Assembly (NCBI GenBank): GCA_050257685.1
Contig: JBLMXH010000067.1
Location: 12,229 to 76,228, forward strand
Source: Nitrospirota bacterium
GTDB lineage: Bacteria; Verrucomicrobiota; Verrucomicrobiia; Chthoniobacterales; UBA10450
Reading direction: 5' to 3'
Length of the DNA: 64,000 bases
In this document: piece after piece, positions 47,311 to 56,876 of the stretch
How the letters are laid out: each line of letters begins with the position of its first letter
Numbering within the stretch: the first letter of the stretch is position 1
The notes under the pieces: generated by a model
What the model was told of the DNA's origin: nothing
Seen by the model: only the letters and a program-made list of their open reading frames with translations
The model's database searches: none
Program-made: the position numbers and the translations under genes

Positions 47311-48894
47311 TCACCCTCCGGTCAACCGTGCCTCCGCCAGATCAAGGTCGCGCTGAATTCGGCGCAACGCGTCATCATTGATCACCCGCTCATTTCGCAG
47401 ACGGATAATGGTTTTTCGCTCGATTCGCAATGCTTGGTGTTGCAAACGCTGATATTGTGGCGTGGCAATTTCGCCGCGGCAATCTTCGGGATTTTCAGCG
47501 CAAAGTTCCAATTGCTGTATTCGCTCGTCGTATTCGGCGCGTAACCGATTCGCCGCGTCGGGCGAAAACTTTCCATTTGCGCCTGCTTCCTCGATCCATT
47601 TGAGCGCCGCCTTATTTGCTTCCAATCGTGCCAGCCGCTCCTCTTCATCAGTCTCCGCATCGCGTGGCAGATCGAGCTTCCGAATCAACACAGGTAACGT
47701 GAGACCCTGCAAGACCAGAGTGACCAGGATCACTGAAAAGGCGATAAACAAAATGTAGTCGCGCCCCGGAAAGGACTGGCCAGTGGGCAACGCCAGCGGC
47801 AATGCAAACGCCGCCGCGAGTGACACCACGCCGCGCATTCCGGCCCATCCCAGAATGGCGACTTCCTGCCACGAGGGATTTGGGTCGGGCATCTGTCGTT
47901 CACTTCTGAGCAGACGAGACAAATAGGTTCCAGGTATCACCCACGCGAAACGGACTAAAACTACGGTCGCGCACATCACGATCGCACTCACAAAAGCACC
48001 GGTGAGTGATTCCCGATTCCATGCGCGCAGGATTCTGGGAAGCTGGAGCCCGATTTCGATGAAAACAAACCCATTGAGAAGGAACACGATCGTTTCCCAA
48101 AAGGCATAAGCTTGGAGCCGGGTCCTTGCGGTGATCATTAGCGGCGAGTGCCAACCAAGGAAAATACCAGCGGCAACGGTCGCCAACACGCCAGACGCAT
48201 GCACTTGCTCGGCGGGCAGATAAGCGATAAACGGCGTGAGCAGAGAAAAGGTGATTTGGATTGGTGGATTATCCAGATGGCTCTGCACCCAGCGCATCGC
48301 CACCCCAACGAGCAATCCAATTCCGACGCCGCCCGCTGCCGCCCATACAAAGCGCCCCGCCGCGTACGCCGGTGAGAAAGTGCCCGTAACGAGCGCGGCA
48401 ATCGCAAACTGCAACGCAACCAGCGCGGTCGCATCATTTACCAAACTTTCGCCCTCCAAAATAACCTGTATGCGATGAGGAACACCGAGCCGTCGAATAA
48501 TCGCCGTTGCCGCAACCGCGTCTGGCGGAGAGACAATTGCGCCAAGCGCAAAAGCAGCGGCCCATGATAGAGCTGGCACGATGGAATGCGCGATCGCGGC
48601 AACCGTCAGGGTTGTCGCGAGTACCAGTCCGATGGCCAGCAGGAGTATCGGCCGCAAATTTTGCCGAAAATCACGCCAGGATGTAAATAACGCAGCAGGA
48701 TAAATCAGCGCCGGAAGAATGAAGTAGAACACAACGTCGGGGTTCAGATTCACCGCCGGCAATCGCGGCACGAAACTGAGAGCCAGTCCGCCGAGAACAA
48801 GCACGATCGGATACGGCAGCGTAATTTTCTGGGCCAGCACTGCCAGAACCCCGACCACCGTCAGCAAAAGCACGATGATCTCAGCCTGGTGCAT
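47311..48894 (-). CDS. Na+/H+ antiporter, CPA1 (NhaP-type) with C-terminal cytoplasmic domain
   Basis: The TM core has 10-12 helices and carries the motifs ILEGESLVNDATALV and GMRGVVSLAAA. The soluble tail is about 120 aa. Confidence 0.9.
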   Translation of the reverse strand: MHQAEIIVLLLTVVGVLAVLAQKITLPYPIVLVLGGLALSFVPRLPAVNLNPDVVFYFILPALIYPAALFTSWRDFRQNLRPILLLAIGLVLATTLTVAAIAHSIVPALSWAAAFALGAIVSPPDAVAATAIIRRLGVPHRIQVILEGESLVNDATALVALQFAIAALVTGTFSPAYAAGRFVWAAAGGVGIGLLVGVAMRWVQSHLDNPPIQITFSLLTPFIAYLPAEQVHASGVLATVAAGIFLGWHSPLMITARTRLQAYAFWETIVFLLNGFVFIEIGLQLPRILRAWNRESLTGAFVSAIVMCATVVLVRFAWVIPGTYLSRLLRSERQMPDPNPSWQEVAILGWAGMRGVVSLAAAFALPLALPTGQSFPGRDYILFIAFSVILVTLVLQGLTLPVLIRKLDLPRDAETDEEERLARLEANKAALKWIEEAGANGKFSPDAANRLRAEYDERIQQLELCAENPEDCRGEIATPQYQRLQHQALRIERKTIIRLRNERVINDDALRRIQRDLDLAEARLTGG

Positions 48895-48953
48895 AGGTCA
48901 GCGCACAGTTGCTGCAGCTGGGGGCGCTGACCCCGGTTCGCACGAAATACGTC

Positions 48954-49346
48954 TCATTTGCCGCGGTCAACGCCCGCGACTACAGCTTTGGCCCGCGCGC
49001 GGTTCGCCTGAAGCTCCCCGAGATGCTTTTCAGACCAACGACAAAGTCCTTGTAGCGGCTCGATCAACGTCCGTCCCAATTTCGTAAGCGAATATTCTAC
49101 TTTCGGCGGCACAACCGGGTGCACTGTACGTTGCACCAGGCCATCCCGTTCAAGGCTGCGCAGTGTCTGGGTAAGCATTTTCTGAGAAATCCCGCCGACC
49201 TCCCGCTGAAGCGCAGCGTAACGCATCGTGCCGCCGGCAAGAATCTGGATGATGAGTGCCGTCCATTTGTCAGCGATCCGGTCAAGCACCAACCGCGACG
49301 GACAACGCGGATCGAGCACTGAGGCGATGGAGGAAGCTTTTGGCAT
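48954..49346 (-). CDS. HxlR family transcriptional regulator
   Basis: The segment [22 protein letters not shown]...[32 protein letters not shown] supports the call. The gene is on the same strand as, and directly upstream of, the antiporter gene. Confidence 0.9.
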   Translation of the reverse strand: MPKASSIASVLDPRCPSRLVLDRIADKWTALIIQILAGGTMRYAALQREVGGISQKMLTQTLRSLERDGLVQRTVHPVVPPKVEYSLTKLGRTLIEPLQGLCRWSEKHLGELQANRARAKAVVAGVDRGK

Positions 49347-49463
49347 GACTCTGTGTAAAACAATTTCCTATAGGTGCAAGTCGGAAGGTTACACTCTGAG
49401 GTATGTGTATGGTTCTCGGTTGACTGTAGTTGACTGCTGGTTGTGGACGTCGGAAATTAACGC

Positions 49464-50522
49464 ATGCGCGTGACAGCTCCTACAAAAGATAATGGCGATC
49501 GAATCGACTTTTTGTTCAATGAGACCGACTTCGGCGCATCAGAACCACTTCGCGGTGGAGCACAACCGGACGACTCCGAGTTGCTCGACGCGTATTCGCA
49601 CACGGTAGTCAGTGCAGTGGCGCGTGTCGCGTCGGCGGTGGTCAACATCGGCGCCAAGCAGCGCGTCAGCGCACGACGTGGAGAACGGGAACTCACCGGC
49701 AACGGCTCTGGGTTCGTGATCACACCGGATGGATTTATTTTGACGAACAGCCACGTCGTTCACGATGCAAGTACGATCGTCGTTAACCTGTCCGACGGCC
49801 GCGAATATCCCGCGCACTTGACAGGCGATGACCCGGATACGGATCTCGCCGTTGTTCGCATCGATGCACCACAACTAGCGCACGTGCGCCTGGCAAACTC
49901 GGAGAATCTGCGAGTAGGCCAATTAGTCATCGCAATCGGAAACCCGCTCGGGTTCGAAGCCAGCGTTACTACCGGGGTCGTGAGCGCACTCGGTCGCTCG
50001 ATGCATGCGCAATCCGGTCGGTTGATCGACAACATCATTCAAACCGATGCCGCGCTAAATCCCGGTAACTCCGGCGGGCCATTGGTCAATTCAGCCGGCG
50101 AAGTGGTGGGCGTAAACACGGCGATGATCCGCCCGGCGCAGGGCATCTGTTTCGCCATCGGCAGCAACACAGCGAAATTTGTAGCGGGCTGGCTCATCAA
50201 AGACGGAAAAATCCGGCGCAGTTACATTGGCGTCGCCGGTCAGAACGTGCCGATTCTCCGACGGATCGTTCGCTTTTACAGTCTGCCACTTGAGACGGGC
50301 GTGCTGGTCGTTTCGGTGGAAAAGAACAGCCCGGCCGAACGAGCAGGGTTGCACGAGGGCGATCTAATCGTCGCGTTCAACGGCCAGCCCATCGGCACTG
50401 TGCATCATCTGCACAAGGTTTTGGTGGGCGAACAAATTGGCGTGAGCGCGACGCTCACGATCATTCGGCACACAGAGAAATTAGACGTGACGATTCTGCC
50501 GGCCGAATCGCGAGTACTGTAG
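49464..50522 (+). CDS. Trypsin-like serine protease with PDZ domain (S1C, HtrA/DegP-like)
   Basis: The catalytic contexts are TNSHVV (His), DTDLAVV (Asp) and GNSGGPLVN (Ser). A C-terminal PDZ domain is present. There is no obvious signal peptide at the listed start. Confidence 0.9.
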   Translation: MRVTAPTKDNGDRIDFLFNETDFGASEPLRGGAQPDDSELLDAYSHTVVSAVARVASAVVNIGAKQRVSARRGERELTGNGSGFVITPDGFILTNSHVVHDASTIVVNLSDGREYPAHLTGDDPDTDLAVVRIDAPQLAHVRLANSENLRVGQLVIAIGNPLGFEASVTTGVVSALGRSMHAQSGRLIDNIIQTDAALNPGNSGGPLVNSAGEVVGVNTAMIRPAQGICFAIGSNTAKFVAGWLIKDGKIRRSYIGVAGQNVPILRRIVRFYSLPLETGVLVVSVEKNSPAERAGLHEGDLIVAFNGQPIGTVHHLHKVLVGEQIGVSATLTIIRHTEKLDVTILPAESRVL

Positions 50523-50524
50523 TC

Positions 50525-50594
50525 ACCGGCCTGTGGCCGGTCGCGAACCGGGCTCCAAGATTGAACGTAGCGGCGATTGTGGCTACAACTCCTG
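50525..50594. repeat. REP-like sequence upstream of the RAYT gene
   Basis: The palindrome ACCGGCC-TGT-GGCCGGT lies at 50525-50541 and GTGGCTACAACTCCTG at 50579-50594. Confidence 0.55.
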
Positions 50595-50597
50595 CTC

Positions 50598-51069
50598 GTG
50601 AAACGCAATTTCGGCCGACGACCGCCACGGCTCGACCTGGTCTTTGACACATGGCCTCTCTATTTCGTTACTTTTTGCACGCACCAGCCAAGGCGATTTT
50701 TTGGCACGTGACGAAGTTCATCGTAGGTTCGTGCTTTTCGGACAGACTGCTCAACGCAAAATGAACATTGGCGTTGGCCGCTACGCGATCATGCCCGACC
50801 ATGTGCATCTGTTCGTCCGTGGAGGGTGCGGGTTTAGGCTGGGTATCTGGTTTGGTGTTCTGAAGCAAGTCTTGGCGAAAGCAGCCCATTTGGAGCGAGC
50901 ACAAGGACAGATATGGGAGGAAGGCTTTTTCGATCATGTGTTGCGGAGCGATGAGAGTTATTCGGAAAAATGGAATTACGTCCGTGAAAACCCCGTACGC
51001 GCCGGACTTGTAAAATCAGCAGACGAATGGCCTTATCAAGGAGAGATCGTTTATATCGATCGCGCATGA
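50598..51069 (+). pseudogene. REP-associated tyrosine transposase (RAYT / IS200-like Y1 family), frameshifted
   Basis: The C-terminal frame (listed ORF 50644-51069) has the HUH motif MPDHVHLFV and the Tyr context WNYVRENPVRAGLV. The expected N-terminus (RPPRLDLVFDTWPLYFVTFCTHQ) is in a different frame, starting at GTG 50598 and stopping at 50709-50711. The two frames join if one T is removed from the T6 run at 50697-50702. Confidence 0.65.
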
Positions 51070-51085
51070 TCAGTTTACGACAGGA

Positions 51086-51115
51086 CGGCCCACAGGGCCG
51101 TGGCTACAACTCCTG
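51086..51115. repeat. REP-like sequence downstream of the RAYT gene
   Basis: The palindrome CGGCC-CACAG-GGCCG is followed immediately by GTGGCTACAACTCCTG (51100-51115). This 16-mer is identical to the one at 50579-50594. Confidence 0.55.
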
Positions 51116-51133
51116 ATGCTTTTCTGAACGGAT

Positions 51134-52423
51134 ATGAAGATTCTCGTCATTGGCAGCGGTGGCCGTGAACACGCGCTTACATGGAAGCTGCGGCAATCGC
51201 CCCATACAGACCGAATTTTTTGCGCCCCCGGAAACGGCGGAACCAGCGAAATTGCAGATAACGTTGGGATTCCGGTCACCGATTTGAACGGTCTCGTTAG
51301 GTTCGCGAAAGAAAATCGTGTGGATTTGACTGTCGTTGGACCGGACGACCCTCTCGCCGCTGGAATCGTCGATCTATTCACGTGCGAGAAATTGCGTGCA
51401 TTTGGTCCGGACAAATCGGCAGCGCGAATTGAATCTTCGAAAATCTTCGCAAAAGAATTGATGCGCACGCAGAAAATTCCCACAGCGGAAGCACGCACAT
51501 TTTCCAACAGCAGCGACGCGCTTCATTACTGTGAGCGCTTGAGATATCCGATCGTAATTAAGGCGGATGGGCTTGCACTAGGCAAAGGCGTGGTCATCGC
51601 TGCCGAGGCTGGCACGGCAAGATTAACGATCGACGACATGATGAACCAAGCTCGCTTCGGCGATGCGGGTCGACGTATTGTGATCGAGGAATTTTTGCAC
51701 GGCACGGAATGCTCGCTGCACGCACTGCTGGACGGGAAGAATTACCTTTTGCTGGAATCGGCGCGTGACCACAAGCGGGCGTTAGACGGCGATCAGGGGC
51801 CGAACACAGGCGGAATGGGCGCGTTCAGTCCCGCCAACAACTGGAACAGCAAATTGCAATCGCAGTTTGATACGGAAATCATGCAGCCGCTGCTACGTGG
51901 TTTTATCCACAAAGGCGTCACGTTTCGAGGGCTTCTCTATCCCGGGTTGATCATTACCCGCGATGGACCGCGGGTGCTAGAGTTCAATTGCCGCTTCGGC
52001 GATCCGGAGACGCAGGCGCTTTTGCCCAGGCTGAAATCGGATTTATTGCCACTGTTGCAGGCGACGATTGACGGAAACATCGAGCGATGCCCGATTGAGT
52101 GGGACACGAGACCTGCAGTCACGGTCGTAATGGCCTCTGGCGGATACCCTGGTAAATACGAAACTGGAAAATCAATTTCCGGTCTCGACCAGGCAGCCAA
52201 GTTCAAGGATGTGCAAATTTTCCATGCCGGAACCAAACGCGACGGCAACGAAGTAAAAACTGCGGGCGGGCGCGTGCTCGCCGTCACCGCACTCGGGCCA
52301 ACTTTTGAATCAGCCCGGTCACGCGCATACGAGGCCGTGTCACGCATCCACTTCGAGAACTGTCATTATCGACACGACATTGCTCTCGATGCTGTTACGG
52401 CTAACGTCAGCGAATTATTGTGA
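51134..52423 (+). CDS. purD: Phosphoribosylamine--glycine ligase
   Basis: The N-terminus reads MKILVIGSGGREHAL. It has an ATP-grasp core and the motif GPNTGGMGAFSP. Confidence 0.95.
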   Translation: MKILVIGSGGREHALTWKLRQSPHTDRIFCAPGNGGTSEIADNVGIPVTDLNGLVRFAKENRVDLTVVGPDDPLAAGIVDLFTCEKLRAFGPDKSAARIESSKIFAKELMRTQKIPTAEARTFSNSSDALHYCERLRYPIVIKADGLALGKGVVIAAEAGTARLTIDDMMNQARFGDAGRRIVIEEFLHGTECSLHALLDGKNYLLLESARDHKRALDGDQGPNTGGMGAFSPANNWNSKLQSQFDTEIMQPLLRGFIHKGVTFRGLLYPGLIITRDGPRVLEFNCRFGDPETQALLPRLKSDLLPLLQATIDGNIERCPIEWDTRPAVTVVMASGGYPGKYETGKSISGLDQAAKFKDVQIFHAGTKRDGNEVKTAGGRVLAVTALGPTFESARSRAYEAVSRIHFENCHYRHDIALDAVTANVSELL

Positions 52424-53541
52424 TCCCACGATTTTTTCTGGCGACATTTATCATCTCGATTGTCGGCGCGAATTTGCCCGCCCAATCCCCTGCGCCAACG
52501 TCCCCGATGCAAACTGCGGCGAAATCGCCTGCACAGCCGGTGCCTTCCCCCTCGGCGACACCAACCCTTGAAGAGCTTGTAAACTCGTTAGGCCCGGCTG
52601 ATCTCCAGGCATTTATCACTTTGCTGAGGGCGAACTTCACCGATCCCGACGCTATCACCGACACCGAATTAAACCGCGCAACAGTTGAGGGTTTGTTGGT
52701 GCGACTGCCGCGTGGAATCACTCTTCTGGCTGGCAAAGAAACCACTCCGGTTGCAACCCCAAGCGCGTTCTACAGTGAAGTAATTGGCGGGCGGACCGGC
52801 TATGTGCGGCTGGGAACATTGAACAACAGCAACCTTCAAGCGCTTGACAAAGCTCTGAGCGGTTTCGCCGCAAAAAAGGTGAACGATCTCATTGTGGATC
52901 TTCGCGCCAGCTCCGCCACCAGTGATTTGTCGTTGGCCGCAGAATTCGCGAAGCGATTTTGTCCAAAGGGCAAACCGATTTTTACGATGCGCAAACCAAC
53001 AGGACGCCAGGACCGGGTATTTAGTTCCGATCGGGAGCCGGCATTTCACGGACTGGTGATGGTGCTCGCTGATAGCGATACCAGTGGCGTTGCCGAAGGA
53101 ATTGCGGCTGCGTTGCGGTTCTACGACAAGGCACTGGTTATCGGGCAACCAACTGCCGGACGCGCAGCGGAATATTCAGACTTGCCACTGCCCAATGGCA
53201 AAGATCTGCGGGTCGCCGTGGCTGAAATCGTTTCTCCCGAAGGTCGCTCGCTATTTCCCCAAGGCCTTAAACCAGATTTGCCGGTGGAAATGTCCCTGTC
53301 AGAGAAGCGACAGATTTTTCAATCAAGCAGCGAAAAAGGAATGGGACCTTTCATTTACGAAAGCGGGCGTCCGCACATGAGTGAAGCTGCACTATTAGCC
53401 GGAACAAATCCCGAATTGGAAGCCGCCGAAGCGGCACAGCAGCGGCGCGGACGTGCACCCGAAAGACCGCCTCCGCACGACCCAGTTCTGCAGCGTGCCC
53501 TGGACGTAGTTACATCTCTGGAAGTTTACCAAAAACACTAA
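52420..53541 (+). CDS. S41 (C-terminal processing peptidase)-like protein
   Basis: It has a signal peptide, a PDZ-like region and S41-like segments LIVDLRASSATSD and VMVLADSDTSGVAEGIAAAL...IGQPTAGRA. The GTG start overlaps the purD stop as GTGA. Confidence 0.7.
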   Translation: MIPRFFLATFIISIVGANLPAQSPAPTSPMQTAAKSPAQPVPSPSATPTLEELVNSLGPADLQAFITLLRANFTDPDAITDTELNRATVEGLLVRLPRGITLLAGKETTPVATPSAFYSEVIGGRTGYVRLGTLNNSNLQALDKALSGFAAKKVNDLIVDLRASSATSDLSLAAEFAKRFCPKGKPIFTMRKPTGRQDRVFSSDREPAFHGLVMVLADSDTSGVAEGIAAALRFYDKALVIGQPTAGRAAEYSDLPLPNGKDLRVAVAEIVSPEGRSLFPQGLKPDLPVEMSLSEKRQIFQSSSEKGMGPFIYESGRPHMSEAALLAGTNPELEAAEAAQQRRGRAPERPPPHDPVLQRALDVVTSLEVYQKH

Positions 53542-53571
53542 GCGGCGCCGGGGGTCGGTTTTCTGTGTAGC

Positions 53572-53588
53572 GCGTCTGTGTCAGACGC
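53572..53588 (+). terminator. Hairpin after the S41-like gene
   Basis: GCGTCTG-TGT-CAGACGC lies about 30 nt after the stop. T-rich sequence follows within 15 nt. Confidence 0.3.
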
Positions 53589-53633
53589 CGCTGTGTTAGC
53601 GTTTGTTTATACAGTTGACGACATTCTGCAATT

Positions 53634-54353
53634 TTGTTCAGAATCAGCGTCGTGACGCCGCTAGAAGAACGTATCGGCTACAAGTTTCGCAACTCGCTTT
53701 TGTTGGCAGAAGCGCTGACACACCCGAGCCTGGGACACGAAGCGCAGCGTTATCACTTGGATTATCAACGCCTGGAGTTTCTCGGGGATGCGGTGCTCCA
53801 ACTCGTCATCACTGAATATTTGTTCAGCCATTTCCAGGTCGAAGCGGAGGGGCAACTCACGAAATTGCGTTCAAGGCTGGTTTCGCGCGATGCGTTGAAG
53901 ACGCATGCTGCGGCTCTCGATCTGGGTCGGTACATTTTGATGGGACGTGGAGAAGAAGCCAGCGGCGGCCGCGAGCGTACGTCCACATTGGCCGATGCAT
54001 TCGAGGCGCTTATCGGTGCGCTTTACCTGGATGGCGGCCTCGACGTTGCCAAAAATTTCATTCTAACACAGACTCGCGCCGACCTTGCGAAATTGGCGGA
54101 AGAGCCGGTGGATTTCAATCCGAAGGGCGACCTTCAGGAGTTGTTGCAGAGCATCTCGCCGCGTAGCCCGGCTTACGAACTGGTTTCCCAGAGCGGACCT
54201 GAGCACGAAAAAACTTTTGTCTCACAAGTTGTTTGGGAAGGGATCGTTCTTGGTCAGGGCACCGGCCGGAGCAAGAAACAAGCGGAAACGGCGGCTGCGC
54301 TTGAGGCCTTGCAATTACGGCGCTGGGAAAACAACCCGGGAGCGGCGACGTAG
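53634..54353 (+). CDS. rnc: Ribonuclease III
   Basis: The signature is YQRLEFLGDAVLQLVITEYLF. The C-terminal dsRBD contains GPEHEKTF...GTGRSKKQAETAAA. Confidence 0.95.
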   Translation: MFRISVVTPLEERIGYKFRNSLLLAEALTHPSLGHEAQRYHLDYQRLEFLGDAVLQLVITEYLFSHFQVEAEGQLTKLRSRLVSRDALKTHAAALDLGRYILMGRGEEASGGRERTSTLADAFEALIGALYLDGGLDVAKNFILTQTRADLAKLAEEPVDFNPKGDLQELLQSISPRSPAYELVSQSGPEHEKTFVSQVVWEGIVLGQGTGRSKKQAETAAALEALQLRRWENNPGAAT

Positions 54354-54423
54354 TTCTACCGGGTGGTAGTGAAGCTAGCAATCTGTTTCAGGTCCGGCGC
54401 ACCCGGCGGTGCGCCTTGATGCT

Positions 54424-55263
54424 TCACGATTGATGCCTCAGTGCGTCGACAATGCCTCCAGATTTCGAGGTCCAACGGAAATGTTGGTTGATGGATTCGG
54501 TGACAAATTTCTTTCCGCGCTTGACGGCTTCTCGTAACGACAAACCGGACGCCAGGCCGGCCGTGATTGCTGCCGAATACGTGCAACCTGTGCCATGTGT
54601 TTCGATGTTGCGCAGAAACGGCGCCAAGAATTCTGTCAGTTCGCCGTTGTGAAAAAGTAAATCGATCGCCTTGTCGCCGCGAAGATGGCCGCCTTTCAGC
54701 AGGATCGAGGTGCGATATTTTTTCGCCAGAGCTTTTGCAGCGTTTTCCATTTGTTTGCGGTTCTTGATCGTGATCTCAAGTAACGCGGCGGCTTCGTCGA
54801 GATTCGGAGTGATAACCGTCGCGAGCGGAAACAGTTTGTTTTTATATGATTCAACGGCTCCTGGCCCAAGAAGGTTGTCGCCACTCGTCGCAATCATTAC
54901 CGGGTCGACCACCAATGGGATCGGCTGCGACTTGCTGCGATCTCGAATCGCCTCCGCGACAACGGAAACAATGTCGGCCGAGCTGAGCAGGCCTGTCTTG
55001 ATCGCGCCGACTCGGAAATTTTTGAGCAACACTTCAATTTGCTCACGAACCATCGTCGTGGTTACCGGTTCAATCCGCGAAACTTTCCGCGGAACTTCCG
55101 CGACAACGCATGTCACAGCGGTCAATCCATAAACCCCCAACGCCGTAAAGGTTTTGAGGTCGGCCTGAATACCGGCACCCGCGCTACAATCCGAACCGGC
55201 AACGCTCAGTGCAATGGGGACTGTGGCGGCGCTCTGTGAGCGACGGCTGCGTTGCGTAGCCAT
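54424..55263 (-). CDS. thiD: Hydroxymethylpyrimidine/phosphomethylpyrimidine kinase
   Basis: Supporting motifs are IALSVAGSDCSAGAGIQADLKTF, LLKGGHL and HGTGCTYSAAI. Confidence 0.95.
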   Translation of the reverse strand: MATQRSRRSQSAATVPIALSVAGSDCSAGAGIQADLKTFTALGVYGLTAVTCVVAEVPRKVSRIEPVTTTMVREQIEVLLKNFRVGAIKTGLLSSADIVSVVAEAIRDRSKSQPIPLVVDPVMIATSGDNLLGPGAVESYKNKLFPLATVITPNLDEAAALLEITIKNRKQMENAAKALAKKYRTSILLKGGHLRGDKAIDLLFHNGELTEFLAPFLRNIETHGTGCTYSAAITAGLASGLSLREAVKRGKKFVTESINQHFRWTSKSGGIVDALRHQS

Positions 55264-55295
55264 TAGATCCGACTGTCAGAGACCGCCGCTACAAA

Positions 55296-55535
55296 CTATG
55301 CGCTGTTCCCGTCGTTGCCGATGGCTTCGACCGGGCAGCCTTCCATCGCTTCTTTGCAGAGACCTTCTTCCTCGGGCGTCTCCGGCTGCTTGTATACGTA
55401 TGAGTGGCCACCGTCATCATTCCGTTTGAAGTTCGCGGGAGCTGTCTCGCGGCACAAATCGCAGTCGATGCACTGATCGTCGACGTAGAATTTGCCCGGT
55501 ACGTTCTCGGGGTATTTGTTTGCTGCGTCGGCCAT
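55296..55535 (-). CDS. Ferredoxin (single [4Fe-4S]/[3Fe-4S]-type)
   Basis: The pattern CIDCDLC...C P (QCIDCDLCRETAP ... EGCPVEAI) supports the call. The protein is 79 aa. Confidence 0.85.
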   Translation of the reverse strand: MADAANKYPENVPGKFYVDDQCIDCDLCRETAPANFKRNDDGGHSYVYKQPETPEEEGLCKEAMEGCPVEAIGNDGNSA

Positions 55536-55695
55536 GTTTCCCTGAAGGTGAAGATGGAATGTTAGGAAGAAAGGCTCCTAACGCAATAATCTGCCCATTG
55601 ATTGATGTGGACGCAACCGCAACGTGCCGCTGGCACGTATCTCCTCAAACGTAAACGGGTTGACGTAGTCAGCGACCTCCCCTCAATCTCTCCTC

Positions 55696-55938
55696 ATGAA
55701 AAAGGATGCTGCCAAAAGCCTGCGCGCGTTCGCAGTTGAGTTGGCAATTTATGCGATCCTTGTCACAGGTTACTTCGTTCTAGTCCTCCACGTTTTGGGG
55801 AACTGGCTTTACCGGCTCGAAACGCAACATCGGGTTCTTTATGCGTTTGTGGCCATTTTGCTCATAGCTGGTCAGGCTGTTGTCCTGGACGCGGTAACTA
55901 CAGTCTTGTTCCGGCTTCTGCGTCGGCGTTGGAGGTGA
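55696..55938 (+). CDS. Hypothetical small membrane protein
   Basis: Two TM helices. The gene ends 3 nt before the TauE-like gene. Confidence 0.45.
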   Translation: MKKDAAKSLRAFAVELAIYAILVTGYFVLVLHVLGNWLYRLETQHRVLYAFVAILLIAGQAVVLDAVTTVLFRLLRRRWR

Positions 55939-55941
55939 GTC

Positions 55942-56874
55942 ATGTTTTTTCCAATTTCGAATTCGCACATCGACCCGCTTTACCTGGTCCTTGTCGGTTT
56001 TTTGATTGGAATTCTGGGCGGCTTTTTTGGGGTCGGTGGAAGTTTTATTGCAGGTCCGGCGCTGCGCCTGATGGGAGTGGATTGGAATTACGCCGTCGGA
56101 ACGGATCTGGCGCACATCGTTGGCAAGTCAATCGTCGCAGCAAGAAAACATCGGACGCTTGGCAATGTCGATCTGAAGCTCGGAATGATAATGGCTCTGG
56201 GGACGATCGGCGGAGCCGAAGGCGGCGCGCAGCTGATTCAAGCACTCAAGCGCGCAGGCAACGTGAACACCGTTGTGAGCTGGGTCGCTATTGTTGTGTA
56301 TGTCAGCATTTCTGTTTTCATGCTCTGGGAGACCCACACAACACTGAAGTTACATAAGGGCCAATCGCGCCGAACCGGCTCGGATGGAAAGGCTGCAGCA
56401 TCAAAAACAGATCATTCAGCCTTTGGATCGGTAACGAAAAAAATCCAGGGAATAAGGATTTGGCCGATGATCAGCCTGCCGACGTCAGGCATACGGGAAA
56501 TCTCCCTCTGGACGATATTTTTAGTTGCAGTTGTCGGCGGATTTTTCAGCGGTTTTTTGGGTGGCGGCGCAGGCTACATTCGAATGCCGTCGATGGTTTA
56601 TGTCCTTGGAATTCCTACTCACCTCGCCGTGGGCACGGATCTTTTTGAAATCGTGATCTCGGCCAGCTATGGAACGTTTACTCACGCCATCAAAGGTAAT
56701 GTCGATATTCTGATCGCCCTCGTCATGCACACAGGCGCAGTAATCGGCGCACAGATCGGTGTGGTCGCTACGCAATACTTCGCCGGTCCGAAGATCCGCC
56801 TCGCTTTCGTACCGCTGCCGTTAATCGGCGCAGCGATCGTCATCTATACGCTCGCGACCGGCCACAAATTCTAG
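55942..56874 (+). CDS. TauE/SafE (DUF81) family anion exporter
   Basis: It shows the internally duplicated 4-TM pattern, with two GxxGGxxG segments (GILGGFFGVGGS and GFFSGFLGGGAG). Confidence 0.85.
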   Translation: MFFPISNSHIDPLYLVLVGFLIGILGGFFGVGGSFIAGPALRLMGVDWNYAVGTDLAHIVGKSIVAARKHRTLGNVDLKLGMIMALGTIGGAEGGAQLIQALKRAGNVNTVVSWVAIVVYVSISVFMLWETHTTLKLHKGQSRRTGSDGKAAASKTDHSAFGSVTKKIQGIRIWPMISLPTSGIREISLWTIFLVAVVGGFFSGFLGGGAGYIRMPSMVYVLGIPTHLAVGTDLFEIVISASYGTFTHAIKGNVDILIALVMHTGAVIGAQIGVVATQYFAGPKIRLAFVPLPLIGAAIVIYTLATGHKF

Positions 56875-56876
56875 CC

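Noticed and set aside
55264-55695. Search for a TPP riboswitch upstream of thiD.
   Set aside because: thiD follows the ferredoxin gene after only 32 nt. The region upstream of the ferredoxin gene lacks the CTGAGA and ACCTGATCTGGATAATGCC-type TPP motifs.
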